This document shows, one piece after another, positions 1-9,405 of a stretch of DNA of 37,783 nucleotides. The notes beneath the pieces are model-generated. The model saw nothing but the letters and a program-made list of their open reading frames with translations. It did not search any database and was not told the origin of the DNA. Both the position numbers and the translations under genes were made by a program. Positions within the stretch are counted from its first letter, which is position 1. Every line of letters starts with the position of its first letter. Location of the stretch: assembly GCA_003009815.1 (NCBI GenBank), contig PXPD01000015.1:20652-58434 (forward strand). The letters are read 5' to 3'. Origin of the DNA: Nanohaloarchaea archaeon SW_4_43_9 (GTDB lineage Archaea; Nanohalarchaeota; Nanosalinia; Nanosalinales; Nanosalinaceae).

Positions 1-315
1 TAATGCGAGACTTACATTGAAGGGATTGAATATTCTCCTGGTGTTATCGACCCAGATACCTGTCTCCTTTAGCAGGTCTTTAGTCTCTGTGTTCGATTTC
101 CTCCAGTCGTAGGCGAAGGATTTGATTCTTTTCTTGGTATCAGTCTCTACTATTTTCTTGTTATACTTTTGCGGCCAGTTGGGCGTAGAAAGACTTAGAA
201 TCCATTTCCCGTTCTTTTTGTCGGCGTAGAGAACGAAATCAAAATCTCCGTAATGGGTCCACCGGATTTTACCTCTTTCCTCGTATGCTTTACTCCAGTT
301 TTTAGCTCCGCCCAT
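1..315 (-). CDS. hypothetical protein, 3' end cut by window edge (first 105 codons present); lysine-rich/basic, unlike its acidic neighbours
   Basis: ATG at 315..313 with an in-frame TGA upstream at 390..388. The frame stays open to base 1, so it is absent from the ORF track (no stop in window). Translation begins MGGAKNWSKAYEERGKIRWTHYGDFDFVLYADKKNGKW. Confidence 0.35.
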   Translation of the reverse strand, partial: MGGAKNWSKAYEERGKIRWTHYGDFDFVLYADKKNGKWILSLSTPNWPQKYNKKIVETDTKKRIKSFAYDWRKSNTETKDLLKETGIWVDNTRRIFNPFNVSLAL

Positions 316-436
316 AATGTTCAAGCCTCTAGGAAACTTCCTCAAGTAAGAAAACCAGATTTGCCCAGGTTTCGCCCTTTTGCTGTGTCATACCGCGATT
401 ATCTCAGAAAGGGTTATAACCGTTATTTCCTGTAGC

Positions 437-835
437 CTAAATCCTGTTCATTATCTCCAGCTTGGCAATGCCGGATATTATGAAGACTGCTGCAAGTGCA
501 TGTACTGTTCCGAGTACATTTATCTCCGCCATTCTTGCTGTCTCCATTCCTACTGCTATATGGCCGATCGGCATATAGGAGATGATCAGAATAAATCCGG
601 ATAAATACATAAACAGTTCGTAAGGCCGGTCAAGATATTTCTTAAAACCGTAGAAAACAGCGTAAGCTGTGTAAGATGATACTATTAAAGAAATAGCTAC
701 GGGGCCATACTGCAAAGGTTCGAAGCCCGGATTGATCTCAGCGGTTCTCCGGGCAAAAGCAATGAATCCTAGACATGCAAATAATGAAACCATGGATACA
801 GCTGTTGAGTTCAGCAGGTGCCTTTTCAGTTCCAT
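437..835 (-). CDS. small integral membrane protein (about 4 hydrophobic helices), unknown function
   Basis: 132-aa ORF made up mostly of hydrophobic segments. The antisense and overlapping plus-strand ORFs look non-coding. Confidence 0.5.
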   Translation of the reverse strand: MELKRHLLNSTAVSMVSLFACLGFIAFARRTAEINPGFEPLQYGPVAISLIVSSYTAYAVFYGFKKYLDRPYELFMYLSGFILIISYMPIGHIAVGMETARMAEINVLGTVHALAAVFIISGIAKLEIMNRI

Positions 836-978
836 ATGTTTAGTTGAGAGGTTCTAATCTTTAATTGTATTGATATTTTTCCAGTTCTCAGCCTGCTTGC
901 ACTGTCTGTTGTAGTTTCTGCTCCACTTTCTCCCCTTCCTGTATAAGCCTCAGGGTTTATCAGTTTCTCGCTGTTTAT

Positions 979-1338
979 TCATGAAGCTTTTGAGATAAGG
1001 ATTTCTCTCTGCACGTGGTAGCTTTCCCGCCTTATCATCGTTACATAGCTCGTCACTGCGTACAGTATGAATATCAGAGATGTTCCGAGGTATGATGAAA
1101 CGCTCTCTACAAATTTCAACCGATCAAAGCCGATTATTGCAGCCACACTAGTTATAACACTGGCGTAGAAGAATACTTTAAGAACGGCCTGAAACATCTT
1201 CATATACCTGTAATATTTAAGTGCGTCATTGTATTTCTTCAACTCTTCATCCTCGAGTCTCTTTTCGAGATAGATTCTGACGTCCTTGTCAGCCTTTCCT
1301 AGAGGCGTCAGCTCGAACAGGTACTCCTTAATTTTCAT
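979..1338 (-). CDS. small membrane protein (soluble N-terminal ~45 aa plus 2 hydrophobic helices), unknown function
   Basis: 119-aa ORF on the same strand as the downstream 132-aa membrane protein. Confidence 0.5.
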   Translation of the reverse strand: MKIKEYLFELTPLGKADKDVRIYLEKRLEDEELKKYNDALKYYRYMKMFQAVLKVFFYASVITSVAAIIGFDRLKFVESVSSYLGTSLIFILYAVTSYVTMIRRESYHVQREILISKAS

Positions 1339-1366
1339 TATGTACAGGTTTGTTTGCGACCGTTTG

Positions 1367-1374
1367 GTATAAAA
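1367..1374 (+). promoter_or_regulatory. TATA-like box (GTATAAAA) for the htrA-like gene; implies a leaderless or near-leaderless mRNA
   Basis: The box centre lies about 27 nt upstream of the ATG at 1398. No Shine-Dalgarno-like sequence lies in between. Confidence 0.4.
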
Positions 1375-1397
1375 CTTTCATCAAACTTATCTAAACC

Positions 1398-2519
1398 ATG
1401 AGTCTGGATTCTAAAACAGTTGCTGCATCAGCAATATTCTTGATTCTGGGCGGTGCTCTCGGCGGAGCAGTCACCTTCAGCTACATGCAATCTGAGATCC
1501 AAAATTTGGATGATAGGCTTGACAGTCTTGAAAGCAGTGCAAATGTGGTCAGATTGAACTATACTGAAAATACCGGTCTTTCCTCACTTTTCGATTCTGT
1601 GGATCAATCAACAGTATATATTAGAGCGAATGGTACGGGAAGATCCCGGGGTTCAGGATTTGTATATGATGAAGACGGTCATATTGTTACTAATGAACAT
1701 GTAGTTGCAGACGCTGACAGAGTAGAAGTTGGATTTATCGATGGTTCTACACGGAGAGCGAGAATTGTTGGGACCGATCCATACACTGATCTGGCGGTTC
1801 TAAAGGTCAACAAGAGAGATCTTGAGCCGCTGGAGCTGGCGGATTCTTCAGAAGTGAAGGTCGGTCAGAAAGCGGTAGCTGTAGGAAACCCGTTCGGGCT
1901 CAGAAGCTCGATCACCTCCGGTATAATATCACAGAAAGGTAGAAGTCTGAGAACTCAGGGAGGATTTTCAACACCTAATGTTCTTCAGACAGATGCCGCA
2001 ATCAATCCAGGTAACTCAGGAGGTCCATTAATGAATCTTAGAGGAGAGGTGGTCGGCGTCAATACTGCTATTGAGTCTAATACAGGAACTTTCTCAGGTG
2101 TAGGATTTGCAATTCCATCTAACACAGTCAGAAACGTTGTTCCATCATTAATTGAAGACGGAGATCATCAACATCCATGGCTTGGAGTATCTGGTGTCGA
2201 TGTCAGCCCGGAAATCGCTGATAGAATGAATCTGGAGAACACTACAGGATTCCTAGTGGTTGATGTTATAGATGATAGCCCGGCTGATAAAGCAGGGATG
2301 AGAGCAGGAAATAGGACAGAGGAAATTAACGGCAACACTGTAAGACTTGGGGGGGATGTGATAGTGGGTATAAATGGAGAACAGATGAGAGGTATAAACG
2401 ATATTTTGCTGTACCTCTCCCGGGAAACGGAAGTGGATGAAGAGGTAAATGTAACTGTCATCCGAAATAACGAGAAAGTTGATATGGCGGTGACTCTTGG
2501 CGCCAGGTCAGATCAGTGA
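1398..2519 (+). CDS. htrA: HtrA/DegP-family trypsin-like serine protease with C-terminal PDZ domain and N-terminal membrane anchor
   Basis: Catalytic contexts occur in the canonical order: TNEHVV (His), DLAVLKV (Asp), GNSGGPL (Ser). A PDZ-like segment follows (GFLVVDVIDDSPADKAGMRAGN...). There is an N-terminal hydrophobic helix. Confidence 0.9.
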   Translation: MSLDSKTVAASAIFLILGGALGGAVTFSYMQSEIQNLDDRLDSLESSANVVRLNYTENTGLSSLFDSVDQSTVYIRANGTGRSRGSGFVYDEDGHIVTNEHVVADADRVEVGFIDGSTRRARIVGTDPYTDLAVLKVNKRDLEPLELADSSEVKVGQKAVAVGNPFGLRSSITSGIISQKGRSLRTQGGFSTPNVLQTDAAINPGNSGGPLMNLRGEVVGVNTAIESNTGTFSGVGFAIPSNTVRNVVPSLIEDGDHQHPWLGVSGVDVSPEIADRMNLENTTGFLVVDVIDDSPADKAGMRAGNRTEEINGNTVRLGGDVIVGINGEQMRGINDILLYLSRETEVDEEVNVTVIRNNEKVDMAVTLGARSDQ

Positions 2520-3502
2520 GGACTGTATCTTAGTAAGGCGCCGATTCCGCCGAGTTTCTCCATTCTTTCCCCGGCCTCATGATCTTTATGGATGATGACT
2601 GTCTCACCGCCGTTGTTTTCCACTGTTTTTGATAAATCCGGGTTTTCACGGTTCTTTTCAGGGGTGATCAGAAGCTTTTCTACGGCGCCTTGCTCTGCGA
2701 GTTCCTTGACAGGCTCTCCATAGCTTGCGTTCCCATCATCTCTAACCTCTTCAAGCAACTCTTCGACTACCTCGGTTTCCTCGGATATTCTCGAGTTTTC
2801 GACCACTTTCTTCAGGCCTCCGCGTTTTATTGCCTCCCTCAAACCGGTTTCACCTGTTACAGATGTATCCTGTAAAAATACTTTCGACTGTATATCATCG
2901 GAGAGAAGATTCTTAACCTTGTTCTTCTCCATTCCTGGTCCGCCTAGAATGATGTTTTCCAGGTCGCTGGCTGATCTCTCAACCGTTGATTTGACCTTCT
3001 TGTAGAATTCGTTACCTTCCTTCTGGTCGGCATACATTTTTCCCGGAATGTTTTGCTCCACACCGGACATATTTTTGATGCCCGATTCCTCTACCATATA
3101 GAAGTCGGCCTTACCTTTCTCAATAAGGCAGAAAAGTACTTGGTACGAGCGTTTCTCCTCCATCTCCTCTAGCTTATTGAAATCCTCTTCTGTAAAGTCT
3201 CGCCAGATATCGAACTCCATCTCCGGCTCCAGATTGAAGGTGTGGTACCCCAGTTCAATATCATCGCTTCCCTCGGTAATTTCCCCGGTAACTCTTAGAC
3301 GGTTCTCCTGGTACTCGATCTTCTCTGTTTCAAGCGTTAGTTCCAGTGTTTTTTTCTCCCGTCCATCCAGTTTGGTTCTCTGTGTTAGAGCCCTCAGAGT
3401 ATCTCCGGGCTTGATGAAGTCTTTCAGGTGCCAGAGATCATCCTCATTTTCAATTCTGATCCTGGCATAGCCTTCGCTTCGATCGGTGTTTAACAGTTTC
3501 AT
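2513..3502 (-). CDS. pelA: Pelota (Dom34 homologue), mRNA surveillance / ribosome rescue factor
   Basis: The N-terminus MKLLNTDRSEGYARIRIENEDDLWHLKDFIKPGDTL is typical of archaeal Pelota. The length (329 aa) and the eRF1-like C-terminal part (...GGIGALLRY) fit. It converges on htrA with a 7-nt overlap. Confidence 0.9.
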   Translation of the reverse strand: MKLLNTDRSEGYARIRIENEDDLWHLKDFIKPGDTLRALTQRTKLDGREKKTLELTLETEKIEYQENRLRVTGEITEGSDDIELGYHTFNLEPEMEFDIWRDFTEEDFNKLEEMEEKRSYQVLFCLIEKGKADFYMVEESGIKNMSGVEQNIPGKMYADQKEGNEFYKKVKSTVERSASDLENIILGGPGMEKNKVKNLLSDDIQSKVFLQDTSVTGETGLREAIKRGGLKKVVENSRISEETEVVEELLEEVRDDGNASYGEPVKELAEQGAVEKLLITPEKNRENPDLSKTVENNGGETVIIHKDHEAGERMEKLGGIGALLRYSPH

Positions 3503-3524
3503 AATATTAGAGAAGTCGACCTAC

Positions 3525-3533
3525 AAATAAAAA
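3525..3533. promoter_or_regulatory. single AT-rich box (AAATAAAAA) roughly equidistant from two divergent start codons; candidate bidirectional TATA element
   Basis: The box centre is about 27 nt from the pelota ATG (3502, minus) and about 28 nt from the ATG at 3557 (plus). Confidence 0.3.
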
Positions 3534-3556
3534 CCTAGAAACTTTAAGAATAATTC

Positions 3557-4702
3557 ATGGAAGAAAAGTTCGGAGTAGTTATAGCTATCGGATTAGCTAT
3601 TTTCGGTTTAGCTTTCGTAGCGAACAGCGCAAATTTAGACTTCATTGATACTTCAGAACAGGATACTGAAAGTGTGTTTGTTGACAAGAGCTACGGCAAA
3701 ATTGGAGAATCAAATCCCGACGACCGCGTTATTGAATTTGGAGATTTCCCTGTAGGAGAGGCCCGTGGAAACATTAGAGCGTACAGAAATGAGAGAGCTT
3801 CCATCTCTGACTCCTTATTTTCCTTATTTGGAGGCGAAAATATAGTATTTAGATACAACGCCACTCAGCCGAAAACAGGGAATGTTTCCTTTGAAGTCCT
3901 AGGCAGAGAAGGAAAAGGAGATGTCTATGTAGAAGTGAATGATCGAAGGCTTTACTCTGAACCGTTGATAGCTACAGGATCTCCAAGGGTTGAAGTCCCC
4001 CAGACAGCTCTGAAACCGGGTATAAACCGGTTCGAGATCGGAGTAGAAAGAAATTCATTCTTCGGTTCAACAGAGTATGCGCTTGAGGAAGTTGAGACCC
4101 GGGTCAACGACAGAAAATTCCACGACTACGAAGACAATTTTCAGGTCTACAGCTATGAGCTAGAGGATTACGTTGAGTCACCGTTAACATTCACCATAAC
4201 TAACTCGGTAAAGACGTCACCTCTTGAAATCAGTATCAATGATCAGACAGTATACTCGAAAGACCAGGTAAGATCACAGAATGAAGTTGAAATTACGCCA
4301 AGAAACGCCAACCTTACACCGGGATCAAACGAGATAACATTTTCAACAGACAAGCCTTCACGGTACGATATTGAAAATGCGCAGATGACCATTAGATACA
4401 TAGGAAACGTTGAGAGGCAGAACATTGAGTTCGACTTCCTGCTCAATAACAACCAACTGGATCTAGTCGATAATGAAGATACAACAGAGTATATCAGCTT
4501 TGAATACCAGAATCTACTGCCATCCCCTAGACCGGTAAATATCAAACTGAATGATTACCAAGAAACTCTGAACCCTAGAAACGGAGAAAACTCTATTGAG
4601 TTAGAAGAAGGAGTTATACAGCAGGAAAACAGCTTTTCATTTAGAAGCAACGGAACATACCAGCTTGACAAACTGAGGATATACACTGAAGGTGAGGAAT
4701 AA
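3557..4702 (+). CDS. membrane-anchored secreted protein with three ~100-aa beta-sandwich-like repeats; unknown family
   Basis: The N-terminus MEEKFG/VVIAIGLAIFGLAFV resembles a signal anchor or class III signal. Internal repeats each contain ...(V/I)ND...L(K/T)PG.N.(F/I)... (VEVNDRRLY..LKPGINRFEI; ISINDQTVY..LTPGSNEITF; IKLNDYQETL..). Confidence 0.6.
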   Translation: MEEKFGVVIAIGLAIFGLAFVANSANLDFIDTSEQDTESVFVDKSYGKIGESNPDDRVIEFGDFPVGEARGNIRAYRNERASISDSLFSLFGGENIVFRYNATQPKTGNVSFEVLGREGKGDVYVEVNDRRLYSEPLIATGSPRVEVPQTALKPGINRFEIGVERNSFFGSTEYALEEVETRVNDRKFHDYEDNFQVYSYELEDYVESPLTFTITNSVKTSPLEISINDQTVYSKDQVRSQNEVEITPRNANLTPGSNEITFSTDKPSRYDIENAQMTIRYIGNVERQNIEFDFLLNNNQLDLVDNEDTTEYISFEYQNLLPSPRPVNIKLNDYQETLNPRNGENSIELEEGVIQQENSFSFRSNGTYQLDKLRIYTEGEE

Positions 4703-7639
4703 GTGAACTGGGGAAAGGCAATCGGCCTCTTGATCTTAATGGTTCTGACCTTTCCAATAGGAGGATTTATCTGGATTCCAATTCTCTTCTTCGGCTGGAA
4801 ATACGTCAAGTTCTGCATCAAAGTCGATATTATCGTAATTTATCTAATTGTAAGGCTGCCTATCTGGCTTTTCATACAGTTACCTCTCTACAGCCTCAAG
4901 TACAGTACTCAAAAGATAGATGAGGTCTTCAGTCGAGGATTTAATGCTTTAAACAGGAGAAGAAAGCTTTCAGTTTTCCTCATTATAATGTTCGGACTCT
5001 TTTTCGTATTTTTGTTTCCGTTTAACACAGGCTTTGAGCCTCTTAAACCCTATTTCTGGTGGAATAATATCGTTAATACCTTGAGAGTTATAGTGGGAGC
5101 ATTAGGAACTACTATAATATTTTTGACTATTATTGAGACTTTTTCGGGAGGGGGAGTTGCACAGAAGGAAATGCCTGGAAAATGGGCGAGATCGGAGCTA
5201 TTTGCTGCGCCAGGTGCTGCAGTTGATCAGAGCGTTGGCTCGGCACAGAGAGCAGTTGGGGGAGCAAGAAAAGCCAAGGAAACTAAAAACAAAGCTCAGG
5301 GAGTTTACAGCGATATTAAGACGGCTAATACTAAAGGCTCCATTAAAGCTCTTCCTAAAGATATGGGCAAGGCTTTGACGAATCTTGGAGAATCATTTGG
5401 CTTAGAAGCAGAAGCGGGAGCGGCTGAAGCAGGAGCAGCCGAGGCAGCTGCTGCAGCAGGATCTAACCCACTTGGTTGGCTAGCTATAGCAGTTTTCCTA
5501 CTAGCCATCCTCATCTTTGTAATTCAGTTAGTACTGGTCACAGTTTTCTTCGTTGCATATCTTCAGTTTATACTGCCAATAGTTTTAGGGCCTGTTACAG
5601 CTGCCCTAGGTCTTGGCTCTGACTACGGTAACTATCTCGGAGGTGAAGTAGCGGATAGATATCTTGCAGGATTACAGGTAAACGCTGATAAATACATTGA
5701 TCCGATGCTTGAAGCTAGACAGCGAGTTTACTGCCTGCTTCAAGGCCCTGCTTGTATGAGACAGTGGAGGCTTAACAATACTCGCAACCCGGGCTCTGAT
5801 GCTGTTGGAGAGCAGTATCTGCTTAGTATTGACAGGTTTGAGGTAGGTTCAGGTGATAGATTGGATATCGCTTACAAGGATGGAGGTTATAAGATACCTA
5901 CATCTTTCGGCTTGAAAAATTCAAGGAACGGTTTGAAAGGAATCAATGCATTGAATGTAAGCTATAGAATACGTGTCATCGACTTTGATAGAGGCAGAGA
6001 TGATCCATTCTGTGACACTGAATGGACACCAGTCAGTGGTTTTGATATACGAGAAGATGCTGAGGGACGTTTCAAAGGTAATGATCTTTATCCTGGAACT
6101 GCGGCAAATACAAATTTCCTGACTTTGGATGAATTTAATTTGAAGAACTGTGGATTGCTACAGCCTGGAGCGGGCGAGACGAGAACCGTGATACTTGATG
6201 TGAAGTACGATTACTTCTCTCAGGCCACGCTCTACTTTGATGCTATGGCCCAGAAAACACTTCTATCAGATCCTAGTATTGAGAAGAATTGGAAAAAATC
6301 TGAAACAGCTGATACTCCTGTAAAATCCTCGCTCAACGTTAATTCGCCGGTACTGTTTGATCAGAGTAAAATTGGTTCAGGAGATGCGTCACAGCCATTC
6401 TCAATGAGAGCCACACTCTTCACTGAGGAAAGAAATATTGAATACAAAATAAAGGATTTACAGGTGAGGAAATCATCGCAGGTAGAGAGAGCAGATGATA
6501 CTAACCAGGACTGTCAACTTGAACCTGCTTCTGGCAGGGGCGAGAATGTTCTTGTACCCTCTGATAATGCACCAGGAATTATAGAAAGTCAAGATAGTAA
6601 TGAAACTAGATGGTATGATTCAACCAATAGTCCGCCGTTCTTTGGCTGTATAATGGAGCTGAAAAATATTGGCTCTATAAGTCCTGAAGGCGAAACACTT
6701 ACAATGGGGGTTGCCTCAAACTACACATTGAAGCTTGAAGAACCTCTAGAAAGATTCAGAGTGCTAAACACTCGATGTACAGAATTTAACTGTCCTCTTC
6801 TTGTAACTATGCAGTTTGCCCAGTCCCAAGACAACATGGACAACTGGAAGCACAAGTGTGACGGCCCTGATGCCGGAAGAACAGGGGGGACAGCAGGCTG
6901 TTCAGTTGTACAGGGAGATCCAAGCGACTGGTCCACCGTCAGAGAAGATCTTATGACGGGCAATACTGCACTTGAGTCACGAATTGATAGAGGTGAAATA
7001 GCTATTGATCCATTCCAGTATGATGTTTTAGGCGGGCCTAGTTACAATCTGACAAATATCGGTGCTCTTAATGGAAGTGCTGATAAGACAGGCAAAGTTG
7101 CCATAGGATTAACAGAAGATGAAATTGACCAAGTAGAAAATGATTACTACTCTAGATTTGGAGGCGTTGAGGGAGGCCGTGGTTTTGCACTAGTATCATA
7201 TCTAAATAAGAAAGGGAAGAGAGATGTAGAGATTAAAGAACTAGAGTATGTATTATGTAGGCAAGAAAAAGACCGTAAAAAATACGCCAGGTACCTGGCC
7301 CAGACCCGATATCTCGGTCAGGAACCGGCCTGGGTTACATTCAGTCCTGCATTTACAGACTGTGGGAGCGAAGAATTATGGAAGAGCTTCGGTGAAGGAT
7401 TCAAAAGCGAGCAGAAGATCAGACCTTCAATACTTCTTGGACCGTACGCATTACTACTTGAGAACACAATCAGGGGCTTGAAAGAAGAATATGACAACAT
7501 GGCGGAACAGTATAAGGCTCTAAGTTGTGAAGGTGGAGACGGGGACAGCTTCAAGGTCTATGATCCTGATCAAGGCCTGAAATGTATAGGAGGAGAAGAG
7601 AACTATCCTGAACAGGATTCTAGTGAAGATGAGAGTTAG
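4703..7639 (+). CDS. large polytopic membrane protein (about 4 TM helices, basic loop, Ala/Glu linker, 2-3 more TM helices, then a ~640-aa Cys-rich domain); unknown family
   Basis: The GTG start lies directly after the upstream TAA and is preceded by GGTGAGG (4693-4699). The large C-terminal domain has about 16 Cys in a proteome where Cys is otherwise rare. Confidence 0.65.
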   Translation: MNWGKAIGLLILMVLTFPIGGFIWIPILFFGWKYVKFCIKVDIIVIYLIVRLPIWLFIQLPLYSLKYSTQKIDEVFSRGFNALNRRRKLSVFLIIMFGLFFVFLFPFNTGFEPLKPYFWWNNIVNTLRVIVGALGTTIIFLTIIETFSGGGVAQKEMPGKWARSELFAAPGAAVDQSVGSAQRAVGGARKAKETKNKAQGVYSDIKTANTKGSIKALPKDMGKALTNLGESFGLEAEAGAAEAGAAEAAAAAGSNPLGWLAIAVFLLAILIFVIQLVLVTVFFVAYLQFILPIVLGPVTAALGLGSDYGNYLGGEVADRYLAGLQVNADKYIDPMLEARQRVYCLLQGPACMRQWRLNNTRNPGSDAVGEQYLLSIDRFEVGSGDRLDIAYKDGGYKIPTSFGLKNSRNGLKGINALNVSYRIRVIDFDRGRDDPFCDTEWTPVSGFDIREDAEGRFKGNDLYPGTAANTNFLTLDEFNLKNCGLLQPGAGETRTVILDVKYDYFSQATLYFDAMAQKTLLSDPSIEKNWKKSETADTPVKSSLNVNSPVLFDQSKIGSGDASQPFSMRATLFTEERNIEYKIKDLQVRKSSQVERADDTNQDCQLEPASGRGENVLVPSDNAPGIIESQDSNETRWYDSTNSPPFFGCIMELKNIGSISPEGETLTMGVASNYTLKLEEPLERFRVLNTRCTEFNCPLLVTMQFAQSQDNMDNWKHKCDGPDAGRTGGTAGCSVVQGDPSDWSTVREDLMTGNTALESRIDRGEIAIDPFQYDVLGGPSYNLTNIGALNGSADKTGKVAIGLTEDEIDQVENDYYSRFGGVEGGRGFALVSYLNKKGKRDVEIKELEYVLCRQEKDRKKYARYLAQTRYLGQEPAWVTFSPAFTDCGSEELWKSFGEGFKSEQKIRPSILLGPYALLLENTIRGLKEEYDNMAEQYKALSCEGGDGDSFKVYDPDQGLKCIGGEENYPEQDSSEDES

Positions 7640-7656
7640 AAGCAATCTGTGGAGCT

Positions 7657-8472
7657 TTACCCGGATAATGTAACGAATGTTAGCAGGTTTCTGGTGGCTA
7701 TTGCTATCCCAAGTACTGAGATTAGGAAGAGATAGTAAATTTTCTCATCACCTTCTACATTCTTTAGGATGTAGTATACTGCCGGCACAATAACTAGGGT
7801 TTTCATCAAGAACATGCCTGTCAGAGAGCCAAAAATGTCTATGAAAAATCTTGCTAAAACATGTTTCTCAACAGTTCTAGGAAACATGAGCGCTATACCT
7901 GTAACCCCTGCATCGAAATAATGTGAGGCAACCGGTATATAGAACTCGGGCTTAAGCAAGCTTGGTTTAATCAGTTTCAAGATTGAGTAGCCTAGTATTA
8001 TAGTTGATGCTAGAGCAGCGACTATCATCGCGAATCCTAAAAAGTTGTTTATACTGTAAAAGCTCAGCGAAATTAGGAGTATAACTGTTCCAATAGCTGA
8101 AAGTATTTTGTAGTAGCTGTAGCTAGTCTCTGATTCTAACTTTCTTGACAGTATTATTGAGGCTACTACAGTACCGAACATTAGAAGGTAGATGAAAGGT
8201 GTTTCTAAAATAATCGTGTTGAGTGTATCAATGTCCTTTAAACCTCTGACTGCTCCGCCAAGAAATACGAAAGGAGCTATACCTATAAAAAATCCTTTGT
8301 CAAGCTCTATATCTAGCTTCTTGATAGTAGGATATCCGATGTATGCCGCTGCTAAGGCGAACAAACCTGAATATACTGCAGTATTGAAAGGGTTGTAGAA
8401 AACTGTTTCATCTATTATTGGGAGCCAGAACTTTTCCAGTAAAAAGCTTTTAACCCCGCTTAACAAACCCAT
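7657..8472 (-). CDS. polytopic membrane protein, possibly DUF63 family (archaeal membrane protein of unknown function)
   Basis: I prefer the ATG at 8472 (MGLLSGVKSF...); the track's TTG at 8484 is an alternative. About 7 hydrophobic helices. The motifs YNPFNTAVY and SHYFDAGVTG...EKHVL match my recollection of DUF63, which I have not verified. Confidence 0.5.
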   Translation of the reverse strand: MGLLSGVKSFLLEKFWLPIIDETVFYNPFNTAVYSGLFALAAAYIGYPTIKKLDIELDKGFFIGIAPFVFLGGAVRGLKDIDTLNTIILETPFIYLLMFGTVVASIILSRKLESETSYSYYKILSAIGTVILLISLSFYSINNFLGFAMIVAALASTIILGYSILKLIKPSLLKPEFYIPVASHYFDAGVTGIALMFPRTVEKHVLARFFIDIFGSLTGMFLMKTLVIVPAVYYILKNVEGDEKIYYLFLISVLGIAIATRNLLTFVTLSG

Positions 8473-8503
8473 TGTTGTATGCAAAGTAACACCACGGTTT
8501 TAA
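8446..8503. promoter_or_regulatory. pair of TTTTAA boxes, each ~28-29 nt upstream of one of two head-to-head ATGs (8472 minus, 8479 plus) and embedded in the partner's coding sequence
   Basis: GCTTTTAA at 8446-8453 would serve the plus gene. TTTTAA at 8498-8503 (TTAAAA on the minus strand) would serve the minus gene. Only 6 nt separate the two start codons. Confidence 0.3.
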
Positions 8504-9405
8504 CTCTACTGTTTCTGACAGTTTTAGCCTCTGGATGCATACATTCTAATGAAGGAACGGTAACCGAAGGACCAGAGTCTGTTGATATACAGAGTATACA
8601 GGTTACACCCAGCGAGATTTATGAGGGGCAAAATGTTAGATCCTCTTTAACAGCTTTTAACGCCGGCAATATAGAGGCCGAGGTTATACTTGGAGAAAAT
8701 GGTGAAAAAATGCTGACTGATTACTGTCCTGACATATTCGAGAATAAAGAGGAAAGGTTCTCGGCGTCTACCTCGAGAGTAGCGGAGACTAGAAAAGGCA
8801 AAGAAGCTTCTTACAATCTGAAGCCCGGTGATAAAATTAATGTAAGATGGTTTTTACAGCAGCAGGGCAATGTTCCGTTGATCGGGAAAAGATGTCAAAT
8901 GTCGTTCTCTGTACCGTTCAATTACAGCGTTGAGGCATATAGGCAGGTCCAGATCAAACAGGATAGATCAGTGGAAGGATCACCTAATCTTCAGTCAGAA
9001 TCTTCCAGCGGACCTTTAACATTGGCTATGGAAACCTTGCCTGGTTCTACAGGCCGCCCCGATACTTATATTGCAGAGGAGACGGGCGATGAAAGAATAC
9101 AGTTGCTTGTTCAGTTAATAAACGAGAAGCCCCAGGAAGAGTACAGGAAAGGTGTAGTTGAAATAGATAGGGAATCTTTCTCCATTCGTGCTACAGACCC
9201 CTTAGATGTTGATAGAAGTGATTGCGAGTTCCCTGATGCAGATTTCCGTATGTACCAGGGAAAGAGTGTGGTCATACAGTGCGATATCCCGGTGCCGCAG
9301 AATTTTGAAGAGCCTTCTGTACTTTCAGATATTACCGCCGGTATAGATTACAAGTACATCAAGGACGGAGGAACAAGAACGGTAAAGGTGGAGACCCGTG
9401 GATAA
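8479..9405 (+). CDS. predicted lipoprotein, paralogue 1 (N-terminal CARDB/Ig-like domain)
   Basis: Signal peptide plus lipobox LASGC. The segment VDIQSIQVTPSEIYEGQNVRSSLTAFNAGN is CARDB-like. The C-terminus carries IDYKYIKDGG. There are four additional Cys. Confidence 0.65.
   Translation: MQSNTTVLTLLFLTVLASGCIHSNEGTVTEGPESVDIQSIQVTPSEIYEGQNVRSSLTAFNAGNIEAEVILGENGEKMLTDYCPDIFENKEERFSASTSRVAETRKGKEASYNLKPGDKINVRWFLQQQGNVPLIGKRCQMSFSVPFNYSVEAYRQVQIKQDRSVEGSPNLQSESSSGPLTLAMETLPGSTGRPDTYIAEETGDERIQLLVQLINEKPQEEYRKGVVEIDRESFSIRATDPLDVDRSDCEFPDADFRMYQGKSVVIQCDIPVPQNFEEPSVLSDITAGIDYKYIKDGGTRTVKVETRG

Noticed and set aside
253-604. Plus-strand ORFs 253-435 and 380-604.
   Set aside because: Their composition looks non-coding (Cys/Arg/Ser-rich). 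They overlap better-supported minus-strand genes (1-315 and 437-835).
836-978. 143-nt gap between two small membrane-protein genes as a possible tRNA/ncRNA locus.
   Set aside because: I found no T-loop-like GTTCRAATC or cloverleaf-compatible stems by eye. It contains a plausible TTAAAG promoter box for the downstream gene. It cannot be excluded as a ncRNA without covariance-model searches.
7657-8472. The polytopic membrane protein as the missing prepilin peptidase (PibD/FlaK).
   Set aside because: It lacks the paired Asp motifs (notably GxGD) of A24 peptidases. Its motifs fit my recollection of DUF63 better.
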